Notes under the pieces: generated by a model | The model's database searches: none | Told to the model about the DNA's origin: nothing | What the model saw: only the letters and a program-made list of their open reading frames with translations | Translations under genes and position numbers: made by a program | Shown here: positions 48,458 to 58,320 of the stretch, piece by piece | Layout of the letters: every line of letters begins with the position of its first letter | How positions within the stretch are numbered: position 1 is the stretch's first letter | Assembly: GCA_965225945.1 (NCBI GenBank) | Contig: CBDDBZ010000029.1 | Span: forward strand, 103,998 to 167,997 | Length of the DNA: 64,000 bases | Source: Alphaproteobacteria bacterium | GTDB lineage: Bacteria; Pseudomonadota; Alphaproteobacteria; GCA-2731375 | Direction: 5' to 3'

Positions 48458-48907
48458 GTCACTGTAATTATGGGGGCTCCTTCGCGGGGGGAGGTGGGAC
48501 GCGCGTCGTGGAGGCGGGTCGACCCTTCGACCGCCGGGGCCAGAATCGTCATCGAGCGCCATGGCCCTCGATTCGGCAAGGCGCTGGCCAAGATGCGACG
48601 AGGAGAGATGTCCGGAGCTGGTGAAAGCAGACGATCCGCGCCCCAGGCCACAGAGTCGTGGTATAGCCAACACCGAACATTCGGCGCACCGCAAGCGACA
48701 GGAAGTATATCGCGCCGATCACGGTCACCACGAGCGCAAGGCTTTGCCGAGAGGGAATTGATTGCTGTTCTTCTTGTCAGCAGAGCCGACCGGCGTACGA
48801 ACCGCCGGTCGGTTGCTCGTTCATGTCTGGAACGACAAGAGAGGTTGTCGCTCCTATGCGGCGTCCGACACGGGTTTGGTCCACGTAAACTGCTTAAACA
48901 CATGCTT

Positions 48908-50239
48908 GTGTAGCGTGAGGTCTGGAAATTTGGCTTCGCCCCGCGCCGGGGTATACCCCGGCGCGGGGCGATCCGTCATTTTGGTTATCCATGAAAGCGT
49001 CCAAACAAACATGGAGAACCAGTATGCGGAAAGACCAGGATAGCGCTGTCGAGGCTTTGGTGGAACAATTGATCGAAGGCGGTAGCGAGAACATGGCGAC
49101 GGTCTTCGCCGGCCTTTTCAATCTCGCCATGCGGATCGAGCGGGAGAGGTTCTTGGGCGCCGGCCACTATGAGCGCACGCCCGAGCGGCGGGGATACGCC
49201 AACGGCACCAGACCCAAGAAGATCGACACCCCGGCCGGTACGGTGAGGCTCGAGGTTCCCAAGACCGCCGGTCATGAGGCGCCTTTTTACCCCCAAGCCC
49301 TGGAGCGCGGACGGCGCTCCTGCCGCGCTGTCATGCTGGCCGTGGCGGAGATGTATATCAAAGGCGTCTCCACCCGTGACGCCGAGGCGGTGATGCGCGA
49401 GTTCGGCCTGGAGAGCCTGTCGTCGAGCCAGGTCAGCCGCGCCGCCAAGCTCTTGGATGGGGAGTTGGATGCCTGGCGCAACCGGCCGCTGGGCGAGATC
49501 CGCTACCTGCTCCTCGACGCGCGCTATGAGAAAGTCCGAGAGGGTGGCGTGGTGCGCGACGCCGCCGTGCTCTCGGTGATCGGCATCGGCCCCGACCAGC
49601 GCCGCCGGGTGCTCGGTGTTTCCTGTGCGCTCTCCGAGGCCGAAGTGCACTGGCGCGCCTTCCTGGAGACCCTGGTTGCCCGTGGCATGCGCGGTGTCGC
49701 CTATATCGTTTCCGATGATCATCCAGGCCTCGGCGCCGCGCGCAAGGCCGTCCTCGGCGGCGCCGTCTGGCAGCGCTGTCAGTACCATCTGGCTCAAAAC
49801 GCCATCCATCACGCCCCCAACCTCGCCATCCGAAAGGCCATCGGCAAGGAGCTGCGCCGGGTCTGGAATGCCGGCGACGGCAAGGCCGCCGAGGCCGAGC
49901 TGGGCCACCTGGTGGCGGCCTACCGCGATAGCGCCCCCAAGCTCGCCGATTGGCTGGAGGCGGCGATCCCCGAGGGCCTCGCCGTCTTCGCCCTGCCCGA
50001 GCGCCACCAAAAGCGCATGCGAACCTCGAACCCCATGGAGCGATCCATCCAGCAGGAGATCAAGCGCCGCACCGTAAAGGTCAGGGTCTTTCCCAACGAG
50101 GCCTCGCTCGAACGCCTGGTCACCGCCATCCTCGTCGAAATCGACGAGAAATGGGAAACCACCGAAAAACCCTACATCACTTGGAAAGCAGAGGATGACT
50201 GATCAACGGCGTTCCGAATTTCCACACATCAGGTTGCTC
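48908..50239 (+). mobile_element. IS256-family element (transposase 49024-50202)
   Basis: GYANG, YIKGVSTR, LLDARYEKVR, SDDHPGL, WQRCQYH, RTSNPMER; imperfect 23-bp TIRs (17 of 23). Confidence 0.9.
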
Positions 50240-50564
50240 AATCCGGCGATTTTCCATCGTCTCGTCATCCGACAACATGGTTTTGGTAGATAGCGTCGTA
50301 TCGCTTAGGGAGTTTCCTGGTGTCGGGTGCATTGTCCGTGTCCTCGGGCGGCTGTCCGATTGCCTTGTGGTGACTTGTAAATGGTTGGTCCGCACCAACC
50401 AGCAAGTGATCGCGGTCACGTCACATGCCGCGACGACCGCCCCTAGCAAGGCGCCGACCCCCCAGCGGTCGTTTACGTCGTCGACCAGAAACCCGCGGAA
50501 AACTGCCGTTTCTGGGTGTTCAAAACCCCCTGTCAAAAGGTTCGGAGTTTCGACCGGTATTTTG

Positions 50565-50720
50565 CTACACCGCACGCAGCCGCCCAGGCACGTCCGAGTC
50601 CCCATTTGATCGGCCCTCCAGGCCCAAGGACAGATAGTTACTGTCTCGGTCAACAGCGTCGGCCGGAAGACCAGTGCCGAGGAAAGCTAAGAGGAGTACA
50701 TAAAGCACCGATGTACGCAT
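50565..50720 (-). pseudogene. Truncated small secreted-protein gene; an IS sits just upstream of its ATG
   Basis: MRTSVLYVLLLAFLGTGLPADA looks like a signal peptide; its ATG lies inside the IS target duplication. Confidence 0.3.
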
Positions 50721-50789
50721 TTTTGAGTCGGACCCGATTTCCTTGGACACAGAATTGGTTTAATCGAAGTGTCCAAGGAGGACCGGAAC

Positions 50790-51200
50790 ATGACCGACAA
50801 TTTTGAGAACAAAGTTGCTGTTGATGGGCCTGTGGTAAACGAGGGCGAGCTTGGCTCGTCCACGTTTTCCCCGGGCCAGGTTTCGCCGGCAGGCCCGCTG
50901 GGACTTGGCCAGCGGTGGACGGTGACGCGCAAGCGTGAGGTTGCCCTGCGGCTTTTGCGTGGCGAGCCGGTGGAACTTTTGTCGCGGCAGTTGGGCGTGG
51001 AGATTTTCCGGCTCGAGCAGTGGCGTGAGAAGGCGATCGCCGGGATCGATGCCTCGCTCAAGGAACGCAAGGGCGATCCGGTAAAGGCGGAACTGGACAT
51101 CGCCATGAAGCGGATCGGGGAGTTGATCATGCAGGTGGAACTGCTGGAGGCCAAGACGGAGACGTCCGGCCCTTTGGGGCGGCGGAGGTCGCGGCGATGA
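50790..51200 (+). CDS. IS OrfA (HTH plus coiled coil)
   Basis: RKREVALRLLRGE...LSRQLGV...WR; AGGAGG RBS; overlaps OrfB, which is in the -1 frame. Confidence 0.85.
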   Translation: MTDNFENKVAVDGPVVNEGELGSSTFSPGQVSPAGPLGLGQRWTVTRKREVALRLLRGEPVELLSRQLGVEIFRLEQWREKAIAGIDASLKERKGDPVKAELDIAMKRIGELIMQVELLEAKTETSGPLGRRRSRR

Positions 51201-52108
51201 GTGCCGCCACCTCTCCCGGCACGGGTTTGGCCTACGGCCTCCAGCGGGTCTGTGCGGCCTGGGGTTTTGCCCGTTCCTCGTTCTACGCCATGAAATCCCG
51301 GCAGCAGGCCACCGCTGAGCGCCCACCAGCAAAGCGCCGGGGACCGAAGCCCTCGATCTCGGACGAGGCTCTGCTGGTGGCCATCGAGGCCGACCTGGAG
51401 GCATCCCCCTGGGAGGGCGAGGGACACCGCAAGGTCTGGGCTCGGCTTCGGGTCTGTCGTGGCATCCGTGTTTCCCGCAAGCGGGTGCTCCGGGTGATGC
51501 GCGAGAACAACCTGCTCTCGCCCCATCGCTGCCGCCGCCGTGGCGGAAATCCCCATGTCGGTGAGATCATCACCCATGCCCCCAACCTCATGTGGGGCAC
51601 GGACGGCGTTCGGGTGTTCACGGTGGACGACGGCTGGGGCTGGATATTCACCGCCATCGAGCATTGGAACGCCGAGTGCGTCGGCTGGCATGTGTGCAAG
51701 CGAGGCGACCGCTTCGCCGCCCTTCAGCCGATCTCCATGGGGCTTGCGAGGCTGTATGCCTCGACCTCCGCCGGTGCGGCGCGGGGGCTGGCCTTGCGGA
51801 TGGATCACGGCTCCCAGTATCTGTCGGACCACTTCACCAACCAGATCAAGTTCTGGGGCATCCAGCCGTCCTACGCCTTCGTCGAACAGCCCCAGACCAA
51901 CGGCGTCGCCGAGAGGTTCAATCGCACGCTCAAGGAACAGATCATCCATGGCCGCATCTACCGCAACATCGCGGAGCTGCGGAACGCCGTCCGCGGGTTC
52001 GTCGAACAGTACAATGCCCAGTGGATCGTGGAGAAGAACGGCTACCTGAGCCCCGCTCAAGCTCGTCAGGCGTGGCACACCGCGATGTCACTCAGGCCCG
52101 CCGCATGA
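51197..52108 (+). CDS. IS OrfB, rve-type DDE transposase
   Basis: GHRKVWARL, WGTD, RMDHGSQY, PQTNGVAERFNRTLKE. Confidence 0.92.
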   Translation: MSAATSPGTGLAYGLQRVCAAWGFARSSFYAMKSRQQATAERPPAKRRGPKPSISDEALLVAIEADLEASPWEGEGHRKVWARLRVCRGIRVSRKRVLRVMRENNLLSPHRCRRRGGNPHVGEIITHAPNLMWGTDGVRVFTVDDGWGWIFTAIEHWNAECVGWHVCKRGDRFAALQPISMGLARLYASTSAGAARGLALRMDHGSQYLSDHFTNQIKFWGIQPSYAFVEQPQTNGVAERFNRTLKEQIIHGRIYRNIAELRNAVRGFVEQYNAQWIVEKNGYLSPAQARQAWHTAMSLRPAA

Positions 52109-52326
52109 GACAAACTTGTGTCCAAGGAACCGGGTGCGATACAGATGTACGCATTTTCACCGTCGGCAACCTTCCCGCAGATAGGTGAGGGTCTAACGCC
52201 AGCACCGTCACCCGAACCGCCTTCCCCGGGCTACGCTCGTCCGCGAGCTGAGCCGGTTTTGAATTATCAGATTGGGTCCATGCCACCGGGGAGTTTCGGT
52301 GCCGTCAAGTCAGGGTGCGTCCGCGC

Positions 52327-52550
52327 CAGGGCCCCGAACTCGGGTTAACGAGCATTTACGGCTTGTTCGGATCGTGATTCCCTGAATCGCCACTGATTCG
52401 GAGGAACCGCGATGGAACTGCAAGTATCGGAGTCTGGTGAGAAGTCCCGCCTTCGGGCGCTGCTGGATCACTTCGGGAAGATCGAGGACCCGCGAGAGCC
52501 CTGGCGGGTGGCGCATCCGTTGCCGGAAGTGCTGTTGCTGGTGGTCTGGA
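52327..52550 (+). pseudogene. ISAs1-family left end and transposase stub
   Basis: CAGGG end; from ATG 52412: LLDHFGKIEDPREPWRVAHPLPEVLLLVV, then truncated. Confidence 0.75.
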
Positions 52551-52896
52551 ACGGTTGCCACCGCGACTACGTCATCGCCGCCAGGCCTTCCTGCGCCGCA
52601 CCCTATTACCAGACAAACTTGTGTCCAAGGAACCGGGTGCGACCGCGGCGCCGGCAAGGCGGCGCAAGCATTTGGTCTCGGCCTTCGACCGGCCGGCTGG
52701 TGTACGCAATTTTCACCGTCGGCAACCTTCCCGCAGATAGGTGAGGGTCTAACGCCAGCACCGTCACCCGAACCGCCTTCCCCGGGCTACGCTCGTCCGC
52801 GAGCTGAGCCGGTACATTTGCGCCGCTTCGCGCCCAAGCCGCCGCGATTATCAGAAAATTGGGTCCATGCCACCGGGGAGTTTCGGTGCCGTCAAG

Positions 52897-53160
52897 TCAG
52901 GGTGCGTCCGCGCCGGCTCGGCGGCGGGGCGGCTCCGTCTCGAGCCGCCCCTCCTCGCCCCGGCGCAGCGCCGCCAGTTCGGCGGCGAGCCGGTCGAGCC
53001 GGTCGTTGGTGGCGTGCTGCTCAACGAGGATCCGGGTGAGGATCGACTTCGTGCCGAAGACGGCGAGCGGCAGGAAGATCCACAGGATCAGCACGAGGAG
53101 CGCGAAAATCGCGATGAAGCTCGTACTGGCGAGCAGTCCCTCGACCATTTCCTGAATCAT
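52897..53160 (-). CDS. Small single-pass membrane protein, hypothetical
   Basis: Hydrophobic stretch FIAIFALLVLILWIFLPLAVFG followed by a coiled coil; GAGGGA upstream. Confidence 0.55.
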   Translation of the reverse strand: MIQEMVEGLLASTSFIAIFALLVLILWIFLPLAVFGTKSILTRILVEQHATNDRLDRLAAELAALRRGEEGRLETEPPRRRAGADAP

Positions 53161-53228
53161 CTAGTGTCCCTCGTGACCCGACGGGCGAGCTTAGCGGGCG
53201 CGGCTGAACTCTTGCAATCGGATTGAGC

Positions 53229-53519
53229 ATGGCTTTCTTCGACAAGCGGGGGGCGTCTTCATTTCCCTTCATGCCGATGTCCCACGGCAGACGGTGCGCA
53301 GCAACCATCGGCAACCGGCAGGTCATGGCCGACCCAGGCGACAAGGGCGAGGCCGGCGACATGGTTCTGGTCTGGCCCAAGAAGCGGGCGCCGATGGTTC
53401 TGCGCCGCCTCGCGCGGTGCAAGCCTTACGGCACCTTCTACTTCGCCACGGCCGGCGAGCAGGTGGTCGCCGTGCCGTGCAACAAGGTTACGGTCATCCA
53501 TGGGGTGATTTTGCAATAG
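53229..53519 (+). CDS. Small protein resembling an isolated S24/LexA-type C-terminal domain
   Basis: VMADP...GDMVLVW...VLRRL...V..IHGVI pattern. Confidence 0.4.
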   Translation: MAFFDKRGASSFPFMPMSHGRRCAATIGNRQVMADPGDKGEAGDMVLVWPKKRAPMVLRRLARCKPYGTFYFATAGEQVVAVPCNKVTVIHGVILQ

Positions 53520-53550
53520 GCCACCACCACCGAAACCCCCCGCCGCCGCG

Positions 53551-53898
53551 TCACCAGGCTCGACGGCTGGGGCCGCGCGGGGCTAATTTGCGGTGCCGCA
53601 CCTGAATTTCGTCGCCCTCCACCCGGACCTCATAGGTCGGGATGGGATCCTCGGCCGGCTCTTCGAGGACCTCGCCGGATTTGACGTTGAAGATGCTGGC
53701 GTGCCAGGGACAGGTTACGGTCTCGCCTTCAAGCTCGCCTTCGACCAGAGGGCCGCCCACGTGGGTGCACAAGTTGCCGAACGCGAAGAATGCACCGTCA
53801 ACGTTGGCGATGACCACCTCTTCACCGTCCAGATCGACGAGCTCCATTTCGCCGGCACCAATTGCCGAAACTTTCGCGACAGTTCGAAAGTCACCCAT
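53551..53898 (-). CDS. Rieske [2Fe-2S] ferredoxin
   Basis: CTH...CPWH motifs; GGAGG RBS. Confidence 0.92.
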   Translation of the reverse strand: MGDFRTVAKVSAIGAGEMELVDLDGEEVVIANVDGAFFAFGNLCTHVGGPLVEGELEGETVTCPWHASIFNVKSGEVLEEPAEDPIPTYEVRVEGDEIQVRHRKLAPRGPSRRAW

Positions 53899-54607
53899 GG
53901 TGAGCCCTCCAATCAAATTTAGGGCGCGATTTCCCGGCCTTGGCCGGAAGGAGGCGATCCCCTTGTCGTCGCGCATCGCCAGTGTAGGCGGTGCATGGCG
54001 TCCGCAAAAGCCGGACGCGCCGTGAGCGTAACGGGCGTGCCCCCGCCGCCGTCCCCTCTCAATCCGACGGCAGGGGCCGCGCGCCGTGGGATGGTGTCGG
54101 ACTCCCCTCCCTTATCGTCGCGCCCATCGAGTGTAGGCGGTTCACGGCTTCCCGGAAACGTCATCACAGTCCGTTTCGGGACAGCAGGTTTCAGGAAACA
54201 GTTTCGGGAGACGAGAAGCGGCGGAAACGCGTCGCGCTCATGCTGGCATCGGCCGTCTCCCGATTTCCATCTCGGGTCCCGTCGGTATATTAGGTTCAGT
54301 CGATCTGAGGCCGTCTGCGGTGGGCCATCATGTGTTGGCCGACCCTTGTACAAAACCAAACGGAATTTCTTAGTTTAAGGTCTTGGCATATAGGAGAAAC
54401 TTACTGAAATTCGTAGTTTAAGGTACTCATTGGTCGTCATCGTGCTGGCCAGTGATTCGGTTGTATATCTTCAGCAATATGTCATGCATGACATCTCGTT
54501 TGGGGCTTGCCCGAACAGGATAAATAATATCATAACTTGGAGAACAACTATTCCGCTAAGCCACCACTGTAGGCTTTCTGGCATTTCCATTGGATTTAAG
54601 GCCCGAG

Positions 54608-55498
54608 TCAATCGTCCAGCGCCATCGGGATCGTCTCGTTTAACTTCGGATATGCGCGCTGCAAGGAGCGTTGAAAATACTCCCATCCAAACGTCGGGGC
54701 CGCCCTCATTAGTGCCATAACGCCGACCAAGTGTTCCCGTAGCTTGGGGTGTCCAATATTAGGCGTGAACCACTGAAAAAGTTTGTTTTTCAGATTACCG
54801 CTCGGAAGCCGTGGGGTTCTGGCCTTCAACTCATCTAGTACTCCGGGCGCCAAGCGCTCATAGACAATATCGTTGGTGTAGCGACCGATCACGGACGGGC
54901 GTTTTATGGCATAGATGCTGGGCCAGCCCTTGAGCCTGCAAATCTCCATGTAAAACTCATATGGGAAGGTCTTGGTCCAAGGCTGGAGTTCTTTGGCTAT
55001 AAACTTTTCGAGAATAACTGCTAGAGCACGCTCCTCCCGTACGTCTTGGTAGCCTGTCGCTTCGTCAACCAGCGCATCGATAGCAAGTCCCGCGAGGCCT
55101 CTCACAAGCATTCCAGCATTTCTTGCGAGATGCTGTTGTGAGGGTAGTAAGGCGTTTGCTTCCCACGCCTTTATGTAGACATTGCAGATGTCAATAATCA
55201 GTCGTGCTGGGTAGCCGTACGCCGTTCTTCCCCCTCCAGGAGGCTGAAATTCGATAGGGGAGGTTAGCGCCGCCGCTAACTCTTTGGAAACAAAGGGAGA
55301 GATGGTTTTCGAGGCCATAATACGGGGTATCTCGGCGCCGCCGACCTTTCCCCCTCGTTTCGCCCCAAACCCGTGGAACATACCCCGCTGGCTAAGGACG
55401 CGCGTCTCACCCTCCAAAACATAGCAGGGTATCTCGATGTCGCCGATCACCAGCGGTCGATCTGGTGCACCTGCAATGACTTTGAGTGGCTTGCTCAT
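54608..55498 (-). CDS. P63C-domain protein (passenger gene)
   Basis: LVIGDIEIPCYVL..ETRVLSQRG, ALVDEATGYQ, PWTKTFP, IGRYTNDIVYERLAPGVL; start overlaps the transposase stop. Confidence 0.82.
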   Translation of the reverse strand: MSKPLKVIAGAPDRPLVIGDIEIPCYVLEGETRVLSQRGMFHGFGAKRGGKVGGAEIPRIMASKTISPFVSKELAAALTSPIEFQPPGGGRTAYGYPARLIIDICNVYIKAWEANALLPSQQHLARNAGMLVRGLAGLAIDALVDEATGYQDVREERALAVILEKFIAKELQPWTKTFPYEFYMEICRLKGWPSIYAIKRPSVIGRYTNDIVYERLAPGVLDELKARTPRLPSGNLKNKLFQWFTPNIGHPKLREHLVGVMALMRAAPTFGWEYFQRSLQRAYPKLNETIPMALDD

Positions 55499-57816
55499 TT
55501 TGTCACTCCCAACCCACGGTGAACGGTGAGGTCGAAGGCCACGAGGGGGTCTGCCTCGCGCAAATTGTAACGATAGCAGAACTCATCCACATACCGTTGC
55601 AGGTGGCGACGGCTGACGCTGTGGAACTGGCCGAACATGCCGCGCTTCAACAGAGCCCAAAATCCCTCAATCGTGTTCGTATGAATGTCACCGTCCACAT
55701 ACCAGTCGGCGTGCTTGATGACGGCATGCGGCAGCACCTTCGCCATGCCGAGGTAGGCTTTGTACTCGTCCGTGATCAGGCTCGCCTTTGAGGTATCGAT
55801 GCGATCCCGCACGAATGCCCGCATGTGCCTGCCTTTCATCTTGTCCTTAGCAACGGCCTTTGCCGTGACATTGCCGCCACGCTCGACCGCGCCGATCACC
55901 GGAGCTTTCTTGGTACCGCGCCCGGGCTTGTGCTTGCCACCGTCACCGTCGCCCTTGGTGCCCTTCCTGGGTTTGCCGCCGACGTAGGTTTCGTCCATCT
56001 CGACGATGCCGGTTAGAAGGTTGCGATGCTCCGCTTGTGACATGGCCTTGCGTATCTGCATGGTGATACGCCAGGCGGTGTTCTTGTTCACGTCCAGATC
56101 GCGGGAGAGTTGCAGCGCCGACAGGCCCTTCTTGGCGTTCAACATCAGCATGACCGCCAAGAACCACTTTTGCAGCGGCATATGCGTGTGGTGAAAGATC
56201 GTGCCGACTGTGACGCTAAACGAGGTCTTGCAGTCGTAGCAGCGATGACGGTGCTGATTGTGTGCGGTATTGAGCGATCCGCAGTATGGGCAACTCGGCC
56301 TGTATCGCACCCGGTTCCTTGGACACAAGTTTGTCTCATGCGGCGGGCCTGAGTGACATCGCGGTGTGCCACGCCTGACGAGCTTGAGCGGGGCTCAGGT
56401 AGCCGTTCTTCTCCACGATCCACTGGGCATTGTACTGTTCGACGAACCCGCGGACGGCGTTCCGCAGCTCCGCGATGTTGCGGTAGATGCGGCCATGGAT
56501 GATCTGTTCCTTGAGCGTGCGATTGAACCTCTCGGCGACGCCGTTGGTCTGGGGCTGTTCGACGAAGGCGTAGGACGGCTGGATGCCCCAGAACTTGATC
56601 TGGTTGGTGAAGTGGTCCGACAGATACTGGGAGCCGTGATCCATCCGCAAGGCCAGCCCCCGCGCCGCACCGGCGGAGGTCGAGGCATACAGCCTCGCAA
56701 GCCCCATGGAGATCGGCTGAAGGGCGGCGAAGCGGTCGCCTCGCTTGCACACATGCCAGCCGACGCACTCGGCGTTCCAATGCTCGATGGCGGTGAATAT
56801 CCAGCCCCAGCCGTCGTCCACCGTGAACACCCGAACGCCGTCCGTGCCCCACATGAGGTTGGGGGCATGGGTGATGATCTCACCGACATGGGGATTTCCG
56901 CCACGGCGGCGGCAGCGATGGGGCGAGAGCAGGTTGTTCTCGCGCATCACCCGGAGCACCCGCTTGCGGGAAACACGGATGCCACGACAGACCCGAAGCC
57001 GAGCCCAGACCTTGCGGTGTCCCTCGCCCTCCCAGGGGGATGCCTCCAGGTCGGCCTCGATGGCCACCAGCAGAGCCTCGTCCGAGATCGAGGGCTTCGG
57101 TCCCCGGCGCTTTGCTGGTGGGCGCTCAGCGGTGGCCTGCTGCCGGGATTTCATGGCGTAGAACGAGGAACGGGCAAAACCCCAGGCCGCACAGACCCGC
57201 TGGAGGCCGTAGGCCAAACCCGTGCCGGGAGAGGTGGCGGCACTCATCGCCGCGACCTCCGCCGCCCCAAAGGGCCGGACGTCTCCGTCTTGGCCTCCAG
57301 CAGTTCCACCTGCATGATCAACTCCCCGATCCGCTTCATGGCGATGTCCAGTTCCGCCTTTACCGGATCGCCCTTGCGTTCCTTGAGCGAGGCATCGATC
57401 CCGGCGATCGCCTTCTCACGCCACTGCTCGAGCCGGAAAATCTCCACGCCCAACTGCCGCGACAAAAGTTCCACCGGCTCGCCACGCAAAAGCCGCAGGG
57501 CAACCTCACGCTTGCGCGTCACCGTCCACCGCTGGCCAAGTCCCAGCGGGCCTGCCGGCGAAACCTGGCCCGGGGAAAACGTGGACGAGCCAAGCTCGCC
57601 CTCGTTTACCACAGGCCCATCAACAGCAACTTTGTTCTCAAAATTGTCGGTCATGTTCCGGTCCTCCTTGGACACTTCGATTAAACCAATTCTGTGTCCA
57701 AGGAAATCGGGTCCGACTCATGGGCAACTCGGCCTGTCGCCCCAGCGAGCAGCCTCAAGATGGGCGATGCAATCTTGTTGTGTGGGAAACCGCTCGAAAA
57801 CCTGTATAATGTTCAT
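55495..57816 (-). pseudogene. IS1595 transposase split by IS insertion
   Basis: Removing 56301-57720 plus one TSD restores MNIIQVFERFPTQQDCIAHLEAARWGDRPSCPYCGS...EMDETYVGG...TDEY...HTNTIEGFW. Confidence 0.9.
56301..57720 (-). mobile_element. Two-ORF IS3-like element, copy 2 (OrfA 57244-57654, OrfB 56336-57247)
   Basis: Proteins identical to copy 1; 14-bp duplication TGGGCAACTCGGCC. Confidence 0.92.
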
Positions 57817-58024
57817 AGCATTCCGCTTTCGTTTGAGCCGTATCAATCTCTAGACAAGATCAATATGGCCCCGACGGAGCGGAATGTCAAGACCTTAAAC
57901 TAGGAAATTCCGAAACCAAAAGAGTTCCGAAACCAAAAGAGTATTGTGCTGCTGCTAGGTACGGTTACTTAAGGAAACCTTCATTTTGAGGTACATCACG
58001 AAAGCTCAATCGAGCGCGCACGCC

Positions 58025-58201
58025 TTGAAGCGCAAGCTTCGAAAATACGTGTCGGACGAATCCGGCGCGACCGCGATCGAGTACGGTTTGATCGTCGCCG
58101 GTGTCGCCGTCGCCATCATCGTGGTGGTGTTCGCCATCGGTTACGAGCTGGACAAAATGTTCCTGGCGGTACAGACGCAGATGGCCAGCAGATACAGCTA
58201 A
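58025..58201 (+). CDS. Flp/Fap type IVb pilin
   Basis: DESG|ATAIEYGLI prepilin motif followed by a hydrophobic helix; start codon uncertain. Confidence 0.85.
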   Translation: MKRKLRKYVSDESGATAIEYGLIVAGVAVAIIVVVFAIGYELDKMFLAVQTQMASRYS

Positions 58202-58320
58202 CTCGCTAAGCCTAGTTGGTGGCAACCGCCACCATGTCGCCGGTTCACTCCAAGTGGTCGGCGACGGGGGATTTACGAGGGCGCGTCGGGTTCGGTGTGT
58301 CCTCGTGCCGTTCGTACGCC

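Larger units (their letters stand above)
50724..52143 (+). mobile_element. Two-ORF IS3-like element, copy 1 (1420 bp)
   Basis: TG...CA ends with TIR core TTCCTTGGACACA; 14-bp flanking duplication GATGTACGCATTTT. Confidence 0.92.
54361..57912 (-). mobile_element. IS1595-family passenger-carrying element, interrupted by an IS3-like copy
   Basis: 29-bp TIR CGGAATTTC(T/C)TAGTTTAAGGTCTTG(G/A)CAT; 8-bp TSD AAACCAAA; visibly lower GC than the flanks. Confidence 0.9.

Noticed and set aside
52191-52260. Integron attC-like site (GTCTAAC/GTTAGAC), duplicated at about 52747
   Set aside because: No complementary partner box or bottom-strand hairpin, and no integrase; explained by the local duplication.
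50724-57720. Composite transposon or inversion bounded by the two inverted IS3-like copies
   Set aside because: Each copy retains its own matching TSD, so they are independent insertions with no inversion between them.
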